This document shows, one piece after another, positions 52,246-63,748 of a DNA stretch of 64,000 nucleotides; the first letter of the stretch is position 1; the number at the start of each line of letters is the position of its first letter. The notes beneath the pieces were generated by a model. It saw only the letters and a program-made list of their open reading frames with translations. It did not search any database and was not told the DNA's origin. The DNA is taken from contig CM052817.1 of assembly GCA_028534125.1 (NCBI GenBank), positions 43,650,001-43,714,000 of the forward strand, read 5' to 3'. The translations under genes were made by a program, and so were the position numbers. The DNA is from Lama glama (taxonomy: Eukaryota).

Positions 52246-52849
52246 GGTAGGCGTCATTATGACTTGGATGGAAATTCTGAGACGTCTCTCAATCCAAGTT
52301 GTAAGATGATTCTAGAATGGTCTGAATGTAGGGTGAAACAGTAAGGAACCAAGTTTCCAAAGAATCTTTGTTGGAATAGCGCCGCTCGCGTCCTGCACTC
52401 CTCCTCCCCCATCAGAAGACTTTGGACATCCTTAAACTTTGACCATGGTAGCAATCAGTCTTCCAAACGGCGAACATTGCAGGCCCTTAATAATAATGGC
52501 TTTTGTAATTTCAAGGGATTTACTTCTGAAAACATGTCTCTCCCACTGCCCCCTGGTGAGCTATCAGGGACAGATGGACGTTTTCCGCGTTGCTGGAATA
52601 TGATCCTAAATAAGAAACTGCCACCACCAAGTAGAAAACGTACTTTTTCTAAATCTCAAGTTCAGATTTGTATTCTGGGTTGACTCTCCCATCTGCTTTA
52701 CTATAATTAAGCCCTATAAGTTTTTTTTTTTTAAGTTTGCACACACACGCACACTAAAGACCTAGTTCTTCAGGTTAGGCCCTGTTTGAAAATGGATGCA
52801 CAGGCCCCAGATCTGCTTTTCCTGGGAACAGTACACACTTGACAGACTT

Positions 52850-53350
52850 CCTGGGAGGGTGCGGGCAGGCGGTACCCTCGCCCACCGGAAAGTCCCCACT
52901 GCTGTGCATTTCGAAGGCCACACCACTTTCTCCCTGGAAGCTAACTAGGAAAAGGCAGCCGCTCAGGGGGCTGCAGGTCGACCCGAGGCGGGGCTTTGTC
53001 CTCCCCCGAGGCTGCCGCCTCCCCTAGTCCGGTTCCCGGGTCTGCACCCGCGAGCCGCCCCCAGCCGGCACCAGCTCGAAGAAGGCGCCCCGCCCCGCGC
53101 CCGCGGCTACCGCCGCTGCGGCTCTGATGCGCGGCGGGGCAGGTGAACTCTTCTTCCCGCAGCTGGGCGAATAATGAATGGAGCCGGGCGGGGAAGCCGA
53201 GAGCCCGGCGCGGTGGATTAAGTCGTCTCGCTCAGCCAGCCGGCTCCCTTCCCCCTCCCTAAGCACTGGCTAGGCGACTTCCCCTCAACTCGGAGCAGGT
53301 GGGAGCTCACAGCGCCTCACGTCCCCGGACCCGCCATCCCGTAACCCCCA
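52850..53350. promoter_or_regulatory. Second CpG-rich sub-island (alternative promoter or intron-1 regulatory element)
   Basis: Dense CpG, GGGGCGGGGC Sp1 box on minus near 53090, kappaB site at 52887-52897. Confidence 0.75.
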
Positions 53351-54064
53351 AACTCTTGATTTACTTATCGATTCATTTATTTGCCTGACCTCAGATTGCT
53401 CTCGCTATCATGGCGACAATTCCCACAGTCTCCTTTCTCTCTCTCAGCTCCAGGGTTTTTCACGTAGGTTGGAGCCCAGGAGGAAAACCGGGAGGCTGAG
53501 GGCGAAGTCAGAGAATGGAGCTAAACTCTTGTTAACCACTTCTTTTCTGGTGAAGAGGCAGGCTCGTGCCTCTCTATACTGGGGAGCTTTCTTTTAGTGC
53601 AATTGAATAGTCTACCTCCAGAACACGCTCTAACCAGTTTATAAAATCTTAACTGGACTTTACCGGGAGATTTATAGGGGCGAGGATGGCGGGAGACAGA
53701 CGAGGGGTTTTAAGGTGCCAGACTCTGTTTCATAGAAGCATAAGTATTTTTACACAGCTAAGAGCAGTTGTTCACTCCTCATCTACGCTCCAAACAATTG
53801 CTATCCATTTTGGGGACACTGGGTTAGTGGGAAGAAAGAGAATCCAATTTCAGGGGTGGCACCTCAGTCGGCCACCCACCCACCCAAACGCGGTTAGGGC
53901 AGAAAGGGAGGCGGGAGTGGGGCTTGTGATCTGCATGCAAAGCAATCAGGAGTTGGAATCTTCTCAGAAAAAGCCCACCCCAGTTCCACGGCCACCCACC
54001 CACCCAACCCCAAAAAACTTCCATCCGACCCACAATACCATAAATCTGTGGACCTTTTAAAGAG

Positions 54065-54065
<1 letters not shown>

Positions 54066-54107
<42 letters not shown>

Positions 54108-54127
54108 AAGAAAGAAAGAAACGAAAG
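54066..54127. repeat. (CA)n followed by (GAAA)n microsatellite between the two CpG sub-islands
   Basis: Directly visible. Confidence 0.95.
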
Positions 54128-54387
54128 ACACCGCTCTCTCACCTTCAGAATGATGAGGCAATACTGCAAATTCCGCCAATGCTAGGGCCACCCCGAGCCA
54201 CACTTTTAAGACACTCATTGCAGCCTCGGAACCCACGCTGGAGGATCCCAGCCTTCAGCATCCAAGAACCAGTTCTTGGCCAAAACGCAGGCTTCGGCGC
54301 TCGGGGCTGGGTGTACCGAAATCGGGGGGCGGCGGGCGGTCACCTCCGAGAAAATGAGGCGATGGACGGGCCGAGAGCGACACTCAC

Positions 54388-54491
54388 ATCAGCCTGGAGG
54401 CGCCGGGGCGGGCTGGGGACGCAATTCCCTCACTGCCGGGCGGAGAGCGCGCCCAGCTCTCCAGCAGAGCAGGACGCCAACGTGGGCTGAG
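54388..54491 (-). other. Candidate 5'UTR exon in the CpG island
   Basis: Donor GAT|gtgagt at 54387; acceptor cctcccctttattctcccaag| at 54492. Confidence 0.55.
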
Positions 54492-54760
54492 CTTGGGAGA
54501 ATAAAGGGGAGGCAGGGCGCAGTTCCCCGCGGCAAAATCTCGCCGGAAAGTTGCCCGTCACCGGCTGATCGGATCTCCCAGCTTTTCCCTCAGGCCCGAC
54601 CCGTCCGTTCCCGTGTCTCCAACCGTGGAGATCCCGGTGCAGGTTCCTCGGCAGCAGCTTTTTAAAGTTCGCTTGACACTCTACGTCGGCGCCGCGTGGG
54701 CCGAGGGGGTCGCTAGGAGCCTTGAAAGACCCACCCACCCCTCCTTCTGGGCTGGGTCAC

Positions 54761-55150
54761 CCGGCTCAGCGGACCTCAGCCACCCCGGGCGGCTCGCAGG
54801 AAACTTTGTGCCGCGCTGCGGGCAGCTCGCGGGACTGGCAGGCGCTGCGGCCGCACGGCGCCGCCTCGGGCTGAGCTCCCTGCAGCAGACGATGGGGAAG
54901 CTCCCGAGGAAAGCCGGGGTCGGCGGCGCGGGGGACGCGGCCGCTACTTTCCCGCCCCCACCGCTCGCCCAGGGTGAGCAGGGCTGCGGGGCGCGGCTCT
55001 CTGCACGCCGGCGGCCACCTCCGCACGGTACACCCTGAGCGGGTCTGCAGGGTCGAAGTGTGATTACGGCAGCGGAGCAGGAGCCATAATTTGAAATGCA
55101 GGAAGCAAAGAGCTAGAGAGGCTGTAAAGGACCCCCGAACTAGAGCCACT
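54761..55150 (-). other. Candidate first exon (TSS approximate)
   Basis: Within island, downstream of TATA-like GATTTAAAG (~55189-55197, minus); weak donor CGG|gtgacc at 54760. Confidence 0.3.
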
Positions 55151-57439
55151 CGGACCAGAGAGCCCGGAAACGCACAAAATAAGGCTCCCTTTAAATCCCC
55201 GCGTTTAAAGGACACGCGCTCCGCCTCCCTTCGCCTCCCTCCCCTCTTCTTTGCTCGGTGTGAAAATGGACCCAGAGCCTCGGAGCTTTGGCAAAAGATT
55301 CCAGAAAGTCACGTGGAAAGAGGAGACGCGAGGAGGAGGGAGTTGAGGGGAGGCCGAGAGAGCAACCTGATCCCCTTATTCGTTCTGCTGGAGTTCAGAT
55401 TGCCTTTGTCTGGGGCGGGATCAAAAGTGGTCACACCAGGGAGGGGTTGGGGGTGGGGGGGAAGATGGCGTTGCCCTTACTCCTGCTCAGCTGAGGGGCC
55501 CGCGAACCGGATCCACACCCCTCACTTGGTGGGAACAGGGAGTGATGCCCATATTCAAGGGCCCTGGCGCTACTCCTACCCCCACACCCCGCCACTCCGG
55601 CTGGACTAAGAAAGTGAGGCAGGTCTGATCCATTTTCCTCGCTTTGGGACCTTCCGGTCAGCGCATCGTGGGTTTACCAGCAGCCTGGGAGCGCCTTGGT
55701 GTGTGTGTCCAACTCGGGACTTCCCACTGCCAATGCACCTTTGCCTCTCCCTGAAGGAGGCTGTCAGTGGAACACTACAAGGTCTCAGAGTGGTGGCTCC
55801 AGCTGCGCCCCCAAATGCCAAACACTGGGAAGTAAATGTCAGGGCAAGGCCTACTGGGGCACGCACTTGAAGAGTGGAGGCCTTGATTCCAGGTCAGGAC
55901 TGAGTGAAGGCTGCTATTTCTTATCCGGCCAAATAAAAACAGCTGGTCTAGGGTTAATGCTTTTATGGGAATAGTTGCATCAGAGAGGTGCTGGCTGGAT
56001 TCTGACTGGCCCAGAGAAGAGACATCCTGGGTCTCTCAGTTGACCTGAGATGGGCAAGCCTGTTAGAGGGGAGTTTGTCCAAGCATTGAACGCAGAGCTG
56101 TGAAGCTGCTGGGGGACTCCACTTATTTTCAGTCTTCACCACCATCTTAAATCTGGCAGACGTTCTACTTCACACTGATGCTACATTGAACGATTCTCTT
56201 TTTAGAATAACTCAGTAAGTTGTAACTGGCAGATCCCTGTAACTATTACAATTAGCCAAAGCAGAAGGGAACGTCTACAGCCTAGCCCTGATGTTTGAGT
56301 ATTTACAGGACCCAGGGGGTGTGCAACTCACCCTTAGTCTCTTCTGGGCTGTGGCGGTCTGAGGAACCTTTGCATCTGAAGCACATAGTAGGTGCTCATT
56401 AGATGTTTGTTGAAAGAATGAACTGAGCAAAATAGTGAGTCCCTGAGAGCAGTGGCCACATAAAGTGGGGTTGAGTGTCCTAACCCTCATTCCCCCCAAA
56501 AATGATCCCCTTCCCTTTTTTTATTTAGAAAGTTGACATTTTCTCAATTCCATGTAAAGTGCTATGAAAGCTCAGCTTGAAACACACTCTGTCAACCACA
56601 TCTCACCCCAACCCCCTCTTACAGAAAACTTGTAGCCACCACTGACTGGGAGTAAGTTAAACAATTTGTTCTCTCAAGAACCAATCTGATTTTATTGAAA
56701 AAAATCATACAATCATGGCACTCAAATAAGTCTCAATAAGACACCTGTTATTATTGTGCTAAATGCAAATATGCCACTTTTTTAAAAGGAAAGGAAAGGA
56801 AGGAAGGAAGGAGGGTAGGGAGAATGGCACTACTGAGTTACCCCAAATTCATCTTATGCTGTATTATTTATAACACCCCTACTCCCCCATCAGCCCAGCA
56901 CAGGGACACAGCATTGGCCCACTCACATCACCCTAATCAGCTAGAGAGTTGACAGGCCCAGAGTCCATCCATGTACCAAGATCCTTGGATGATCAAATGG
57001 TTGAAAAGGTAAACCAATAATTCAGTAATATGAGGCATATCTAGTGCCCTCTATGGCCACTTAAATTAAAATGTTGAGAAAAGAATTATATTAACATAAC
57101 CAATTAAATAATGGTGGAAATTCAGTAAGCATTTTTATAGATATGCAACTAATCATAACTAGCTTATCTCTATATGTCAACCCCTACGGACTAGTGCTTC
57201 TTTCCAACAACCGATGCTTCCATGATGGAAGCTAGCAGTTCACTAGTCAGAGAAAGTTGGGTCTATATCCTCAAGTCTTTTCATTCATATGTCTGATTTC
57301 AACTTATGTCTGGTTTCAACTTCTGTTAGCATGTCACACAACATCTCCTTGGATCAGTCCTGCTATCATCTAAGGGCATTTTTCTGGCCTTGTTGCTGCC
57401 CATTTTGGGGAACTGATTTATCAGTTCCTGGTGTAAATG

Positions 57440-58030
57440 ATAGTAACAACAACAATGATGATATAACTAACACATATTAAGTACTTTGTGCCTAACACTG
57501 TACACTTTTCCATTTAATCCTTCAATGGCCTTGTGAGATAGGTACTCTCATTATTTCCTGTTACAGGAGAAATAACTGATGCTCAGAGACGTAAGTAATC
57601 TGTCCAAAGTCAGACAGCTAATACATAACAAAGATACTAGAGCAAGCAACTCTAGCTGCAATGACAGGCAAACCCCCAAATCACAGTGTTTGAAAACAAC
57701 ATGTTTACTTCTCAGCCACATCCTGGCCCCTAGACACTGATGGCCCCTGCACATTGGCTCCTGGGCATTGATAAGCCCTTCTTGCCAAGCCGTCATGGAA
57801 CACAAGGCATGCACTGCTTCTGCATCAGGGCCAGAGAGCGATAAAGGAGCCACTGTAGTCCCAAGGGCCTCAGCCCTTCCTCTCAGAGTCCAGTGGCAAG
57901 ACTTACACGGTCCCAACCTAACTGCAAGGGGAGCTGGAGCCCACCGAGGAACACATGCATATTCAGCAAGCACTAACTATGTGGCTTCACTCCAGAGCCC
58001 CGCCCTTGATTATCTTAACTACCCTTAGCT
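57440..58030 (-). mobile_element. MIR interrupted by an MLT1I/J-like LTR (~57635-57985)
   Basis: MIR core up to 'gtcagacagctaata'; LTR motifs 'acccccaaatcacagtg', 'cccaacctaactgcaaggggagctgg'; MIR resumes 'ctccagagccccgccctt'. Confidence 0.7.
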
Positions 58031-58499
58031 ACACTATCTTGCCTCCCAGCAAGGCCCCAGGATGAACCTTTCCTATGAACACTCAGGCTTTGCTGACCTT
58101 CGTTACAACTGCTCTATTTCTCCAACCTGTCTTGACTCTGCTTTCCTGCTCTTCCACCTTGCTTTCCTTTCCATTTCTCCCGCTTGTCCCCCATCCTTGG
58201 CTGCTCTCTGTCTTCCTTCTGCACACTGGATGTGTTGCACCTTCTATCATCTCTATATGAGCCTTCTCTGATCTCCTTTCACCTGCCTTGGGAGTGTTTC
58301 TGCAGTGTTGGTACACTGGTTCTAGTTTGTGAGTTTGGGCATGTGACAATATTTGTTCCTTTTATTTTTCTGCTTCAAATAGTTAGAGCAAAAAGAATAT
58401 TCAAATATCCAGAACTATAAACTGACAGGCTCTGCTATAATCTAACCCCTCCACGCAGATAACCACAGCAAATACATTCAGACATTTTTCTCTACTTAA

Positions 58500-59260
58500 C
58501 TAAACATAATTCTATTTACAAAAATAGAGTCAAAATATTTTGCAACCTGCCTTTTTTTCTCCCACTGAACAAGATAACTAGGCCACAAATTTCCAAACCA
58601 AGTCTTATTGATCCACCTCATTCCTTTTAAGAGCTTCTTGGGTCTATACTATATGGATACCAATACTCTTTTGAAGAACATTTACGTTGTTTCCAATTTT
58701 TTGCTCCTATAAATCATACAGCACTAATCATTCTTATAAAATTTCTTTGTGCAGTTACCCAATTATTTCCCTGAGATAAACTCTCATAGGTTTAACTGCT
58801 GGTTCAAAAGCATGTAGAGTTTTCATTTTCATACTATCATTTATTCTTTGCAAATCTCAAAAGGTAAAATAGCCTTTTGCTTAAAACCACTTATTAACAG
58901 TGTCACCTTAGGCATATTAAACTCAGAACCTCAGATTCCCTGTCTGTAAAATGGACACTAAAACAGTGACCACCTCACAGGACTTTTGTTTGCATCAAAT
59001 AAGATGCAAGTGTTTGGCACCATATCTGATGCAAGCTAGCCACTTTACAGATGTTAGACAAGTGAAAAACATGTATTTTTTAAATCTGCATTTCTTTGCT
59101 CATTAGTAAGGGAAAACACTTCTTCTTATATTTATTATATTTCTTTGTGTGTCTGAATAGCCTCTTTGTATTTTTCTGTTAGTGGAGTTTTTGAATATCT
59201 GTGAAATTGTAAGGGTGCTTCATATATTCAGGATATTAATCCTTTTCTGTGAAACTGGAT
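58500..59260 (-). mobile_element. Old L1ME-like fragments with an inserted MIR (~58890-59060)
   Basis: 'catttacgttgtttccaattttttgc'; MIR 'aacctcagattccctgtctgtaaaatgg'. Confidence 0.6.
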
Positions 59261-60089
59261 ATTGCTCTACAGAAAGAAAGTAGCTATTTACCATTTATTT
59301 TTATGGGAAATGATAATTTTCCCAGCAGTGTCAATGGAAGGACATGCAAGACAAAAACCAAGAAAAAAGGCTTTATATAATTTTTTTAAAAACCCAAGTT
59401 TTAAATTTGTTTCGTTGTTTTATCTTCCCCACTCAGATGGCACCCAACCCTTCCCCTCTGGTTTGGCCACTGCAGTTGTAGCAGTCTCCCACTGGTCAGT
59501 GCCCTGTCTCACAGGTTGTTAAATATTTTTTAGTATCACCCCTGTGTCTATCGTAACAATACATCAAAAAGCCAGGCTTCAGAGGTCACTGAAAATACCA
59601 AATGGTCACAGCACCCAATAAAGAAAAAGGAGATAGATCATCTCTGCACATTTAATCAATTTCTTTCCACACAGATCACACTGGCTTTTGTTTTTTAAAT
59701 AAAAGTCCTACAGGTCTGGGCCTACACTTTACTATGACATATTTATTGTCAGACTGTTTTAAAACTTTGTTATTCTGTGTATTACCGATTATCTTCTGGT
59801 TACACCTAGAACATCTGGAATAACCTACCTGTCTAAGAAATACTGGTAATAAGTACAGTGTAGTCATGGTAATGAGAAAACATTACTGACAATTTTATAG
59901 GATCCTAATCCTACTACCCACACAGTCACCATGCTGAGCTGTAATCTCCATTTGTATTTATTTCTACTGAAAGAACTGAGAGGAGGCCAGGTGTAAAAAG
60001 AAGAGGTGAGAGAGAAAGGAAACAGAATTTCCAAATACGCCTTGCTATTGCTCCATATAAGGAGGTATTCTAAAGCACACTACCTCTGC

Positions 60090-60480
60090 CCCGCCCCAAT
60101 TTAAATAAGGGAGTACTTGGAACAACCTATAATACAGAATGTGCTGAGTGAATTGTGATTCCTCCATAAAATGGAATATTACACAGAGATTTCAAATGAT
60201 AACTTAAATGTGTATTTATTGACATGGAAAGATGTTTTTAAAATATTGTTGCATGAAAAACATGGGTCATAAGTAAATAATACACTGGTCCAATGATTTT
60301 GCTTGTACACATGTATACTCATGCATTTATACACACATATTCATACACACATATCTCAAAGGATATACACCAAAATATTACCCCTGAGAATCCAAGTGAG
60401 TATTAATTTCTCTTTTTAGCTTCTCTGTATTTTCTCTTTCTTCTATGCTGAAAGCCTACTTAACTGTGCAATGCAAATTT
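60090..60480 (+). mobile_element. Old L1ME-like 3' end
   Basis: 'aatggaatattacacag...tattgacatggaaagatg...ggatatacaccaaaatatta'. Confidence 0.6.
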
Positions 60481-60767
60481 ATATTGGAGAAATTTTCAGA
60501 TAACAGAATCAGGTAATTCAAACTTGCTTAAACTATATGTGTGACATTTACTGTCTATCATAACTAGAAACTAAGGCTTTCCTTAGAAGACTTTCAGATT
60601 GGGTTCAATTTAGTACTTTAATGATGTCATAAAGTACCTGAATTCTTTTTCTCTTCTCTGCCTTTGAGATAGACATTGTTACCTACCAACACTTCCCAGA
60701 CAACGTGGGACATCACATTTTCCCAGTCCACTCACACTTAGATGGGGCCATGTAACCAGGTCTAGAC

Positions 60768-61891
60768 CTGCACTGCTCAATGCAGCAGTCACCACCCACA
60801 GGTGGCTACTGAGCCCTTAAAAGGTGACTAGTCCAAACTGAGATGTGTTGCAAGTATAAAATATGTATCAGATTTCAGAGACCTGGTACACACACAAAAA
60901 AAGAATATGCAATATCTCATTCATTTTTACATTAACTACATGTTAAAATAATACTATTTTAATATATTATGTTAAAATATATTATTAAAACTAACTAACC
61001 TGTTTCTTTTTACTTTTTAAAATGTGGCTTCTAAAAAATTAGGCTTATGTAAGTCCACTAATCTATGAGAATGGTTGAGAAAAAAACCTGATAATATCAA
61101 GCACAAGCAAGGAAGTGGAGGAACTGGAACTCTCATACATATTGCTGGTGTTAATGCAAAATGGTGCAGACACTTGGGAACATAGTTTGGCAGTTCCTCA
61201 TAAAGTTAAACATGAAGTTACCATATGACCTACCCATCTTACTCAAATATTTACCTAAGGGAAATGAAAAACCATGTTCACAGAAAAACCTGTACATTAA
61301 AGTTTTTATTAGCTTTATTAGTAACCAAAAATTAGAAACAACCCAAATGTCCCTCAATTGAGAAATGGATAAACAAACTATGCTACCTCCATAAAACAGA
61401 ACACTATTCAGCAACAAAAAGGAGCAAACTACTGATACCACAACATAAATGAATCTCAAATGCATTATGCTAAGTGAAAGAATCCAAACTCAAAAAGCTG
61501 CATGTTGTGATTGCATTTATGTGACATCCTAGAAAAGCAAAACCACACAGTCAGAAAACAATGGTTGCCAAGAGCTGAGGGTAGAAGGAGGGGTTATTAA
61601 CAAAGGGTGCAGAGTAATTCTCGGGAAGGATGAAACTGTTCTAAAACTTGCTTGTAATGGTATGTACCTAACTGTATGGGTTTGTCAAAATGTAAAGAAC
61701 TATACACCAAAAAGGGTAAATTTACCATATGTAAATTATGTTCTAATTTAAAACAGAAAGTGGACAATAAACAAAAAAACTTAGCAAATAAACATTACCT
61801 CCAAATTTGGTAATAACAATAAGAATAACAGTAAAGTTAGTCAAAATAATTACACATGTGGCTCACATTATGCTCCTATTGGACAGCACTG
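60768..61891 (+). mobile_element. MER33 split by an L1 insertion
   Basis: Follows MER33 from 'ctgcactgctcaat' to 'aatgtggcttctaaaaaatt' (61040); resumes 'aattacacatgtggctcacattatgctcctattggacagcactg'. Confidence 0.85.
61070..61790 (+). mobile_element. L1MC-type 3' fragment
   Basis: 'ggagaactggaactctcatacat', 'gaatctcaaatgcattatgctaagtgaaag', 'aactatacaccaaaaagggtaaattt'. Confidence 0.85.
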
Positions 61892-62197
61892 TTTTGCACA
61901 ATGGGCTCATCACTTTCAGGCCAAAGCAACTATAGCAATCTCCCACCCCCACCTCAGTGAAGTTTGAAAACTATGATGGCAGCATCATTAGATGGTGGAG
62001 AATCTGTAAGCTCAAGTCCCCGAATGACTCTGGAACAAAGACCCTGCCAACACTCAGTGGATAAGTAGTGTGAGAAATAAACTTTATTTTGTTAAGCAAC
62101 GTAGATTTGGGGGTTGCTTGTTCCTTCAGAGTAACCTAGTCTATTCTGATGAATGCTGCCTTCCACTGTGTCAACTTCACCTTCTACTTGAATCTTG

Positions 62198-62266
62198 CTT
62201 TTTTTTTTTTTTGAGGTAATTAGGGTTTTTTTTTTTTTTAATGGAGGTACTAGGGAATGGGATCCT
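62198..62266 (-). mobile_element. Truncated camelid-type tRNA-derived SINE tail
   Basis: polyT-'gaggtaattagg'-polyT-'aatggaggtactagggaat' resembles the reverse of the camelid SINE 3' part, from memory. Confidence 0.5.
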
Positions 62267-62345
62267 GCTTTTAGATACAAAATAACTGCCAGCAGTTCTC
62301 AAAGCGACATGCTTTTTTAAGTCCAATTTAAAGAGAAGTGATCCA

Positions 62346-63292
62346 CTAATTATCAGAGAAATGCAAATCAAAACTACAATGTGGTATCACCTCACACCAG
62401 TCAGAATGGCCGTCATTCAAAAGTCCACAGATGATAAATGCTGGAGAGGCTGTGGAGAAAAAGGAACCCTCCAACACTGTTGGTGGGAATGCAGCTTGGT
62501 GCAGCCATTGTGGAAAACAGTATGGAGATTCCTCAAAAGACTAGGAATAGACTTACCATATGACCCAGCAATCTGACTCCTCTCATATATCCAGAAGGAA
62601 CCCTAATTCAAAATGACACCTGCACCCCAAAGTTCATATAGTAGCACTATTTACAATAGCTGAGACATGGAAACAGCCTAAATATCCATCGACAGATGAC
62701 TGGATAAAGAAGTTGTGATATATTTATACAATGGAATACTATTCAGCCATAAAAATGACACCATAATGCCATTTGCAGCAATAATGATGTCCCTGGAGAA
62801 TGTCATTCTAAGTGAAGTAAGCCAGAAAGAGAAAGAAAAATACCATATGAGATTGCTCATATGTGGAATCAAAAAAGAAGAAGAAGAAAGAAGAAAGAAG
62901 AAGAAAGAAGGAGGAGGAGGAGGAGAAAGAGAAGAAGAAGAAGAAGAAGAAGAAGACAAATGAACTTAAATGTAAAACAGAAACAGATTCACAGACATAG
63001 AATGCAAACTTGTTGTTGCCAGGGGGAGGTGAGTGGGAAGGGACAGACTGGGAGCTCGACTGGTAGATACTGACAGGTATATATATAATATATAAACAAG
63101 TTTATACTGTACAGCACAGGGAAATATATCTTGTAGTAGCTTATGGTGAAAAAGAATATGAAAACAAATATATGTATATTCATGTATGACTGAAAAATTG
63201 TGCTGTACACCAGAAATTGACACAGCATGGTAAACAGACTATAACTCAATAAAAAAAAAACCTAAAAAAAATTTAAATTAAAATTAAAAAAA
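62346..63292 (+). mobile_element. Young camelid-type L1, 5'-truncated, with perfect TSD
   Basis: ORF2 C-terminal remnant ([21 protein letters not shown]); TSD taaagagaagtgatcca at 62329-62345 and 63293-63309. Confidence 0.95.
62872..62956. repeat. (GAA/GGA)n pure-purine tract inside the L1 3'UTR
   Basis: Directly visible. Confidence 0.95.
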
Positions 63293-63748
63293 TAAAGAGA
63301 AGTGATCCAGAACCATCTAAAAAAAAGCTAGGCATCTATTTTCTTCTGAACCCCCAGCAGACATTTCCCTGTGTTTCACTGGTTCACATTCACTCCTATG
63401 CTCATCCCTAAATCAACATGTTTAACAGAGTTTGGGATTTCATGAACTAGCGGAGATCTGAATCATAAGACATGCCCCATCCCTACAGTCAGGAACTGAG
63501 TTAAATTCTCCCCAAATTAGGGTGACTAATTTGTTGTCCAAACCAAGATATTTTAAAGAATGATAAAGAATGAATTCATAATTATTCCAGAATAACAGAC
63601 ACAAACCAGGGCTCCCAAAGGACATGGCTTCCTGGGGACAGTGTGGATACTTGAATGAAAAATTGGTAGTTAGTAAGAGAAAGTAGAATGGATATTGGGG
63701 AGATAACCACAATGGCCATTCTAAAAAAAATATTTTAATCACATACCA

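Larger units (their letters stand above)
1..55200 (-). other. 5' portion of an unidentified large multi-exon gene (promoter, long first introns, probable 5'UTR exons), running off the left edge
   Basis: CpG island at 52.85-55.7 kb; several minus-strand acceptor/donor pairs downstream of it; nearly all L1s in the span lie on + (antisense to a minus-strand gene); no recognisable coding exon. Confidence 0.65.
54180..55700. promoter_or_regulatory. CpG island, main promoter
   Basis: Very GC- and CpG-rich against an AT-rich, CpG-depleted background; GC boxes, ETS and CArG-like motifs. Confidence 0.9.
60676..62155 (+). mobile_element. MLT1I/J-like LTR split by MER33 and L1
   Basis: 5' part 60676-60766; 3' part 61892-62155 'gagaaataaactttattttgttaagc...gatttgggggttgcttgtt...taacctagtctattctga'. 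Confidence 0.7.

Noticed and set aside
54179..55974. Many overlapping 70-170 aa ORFs in the CpG island
   Set aside because: Expected from stop-codon depletion in GC-rich DNA; no recognisable domain
62678..63073. Poly-Ser, poly-Glu and poly-Arg ORFs
   Set aside because: Translations of the GAA/GGA microsatellite
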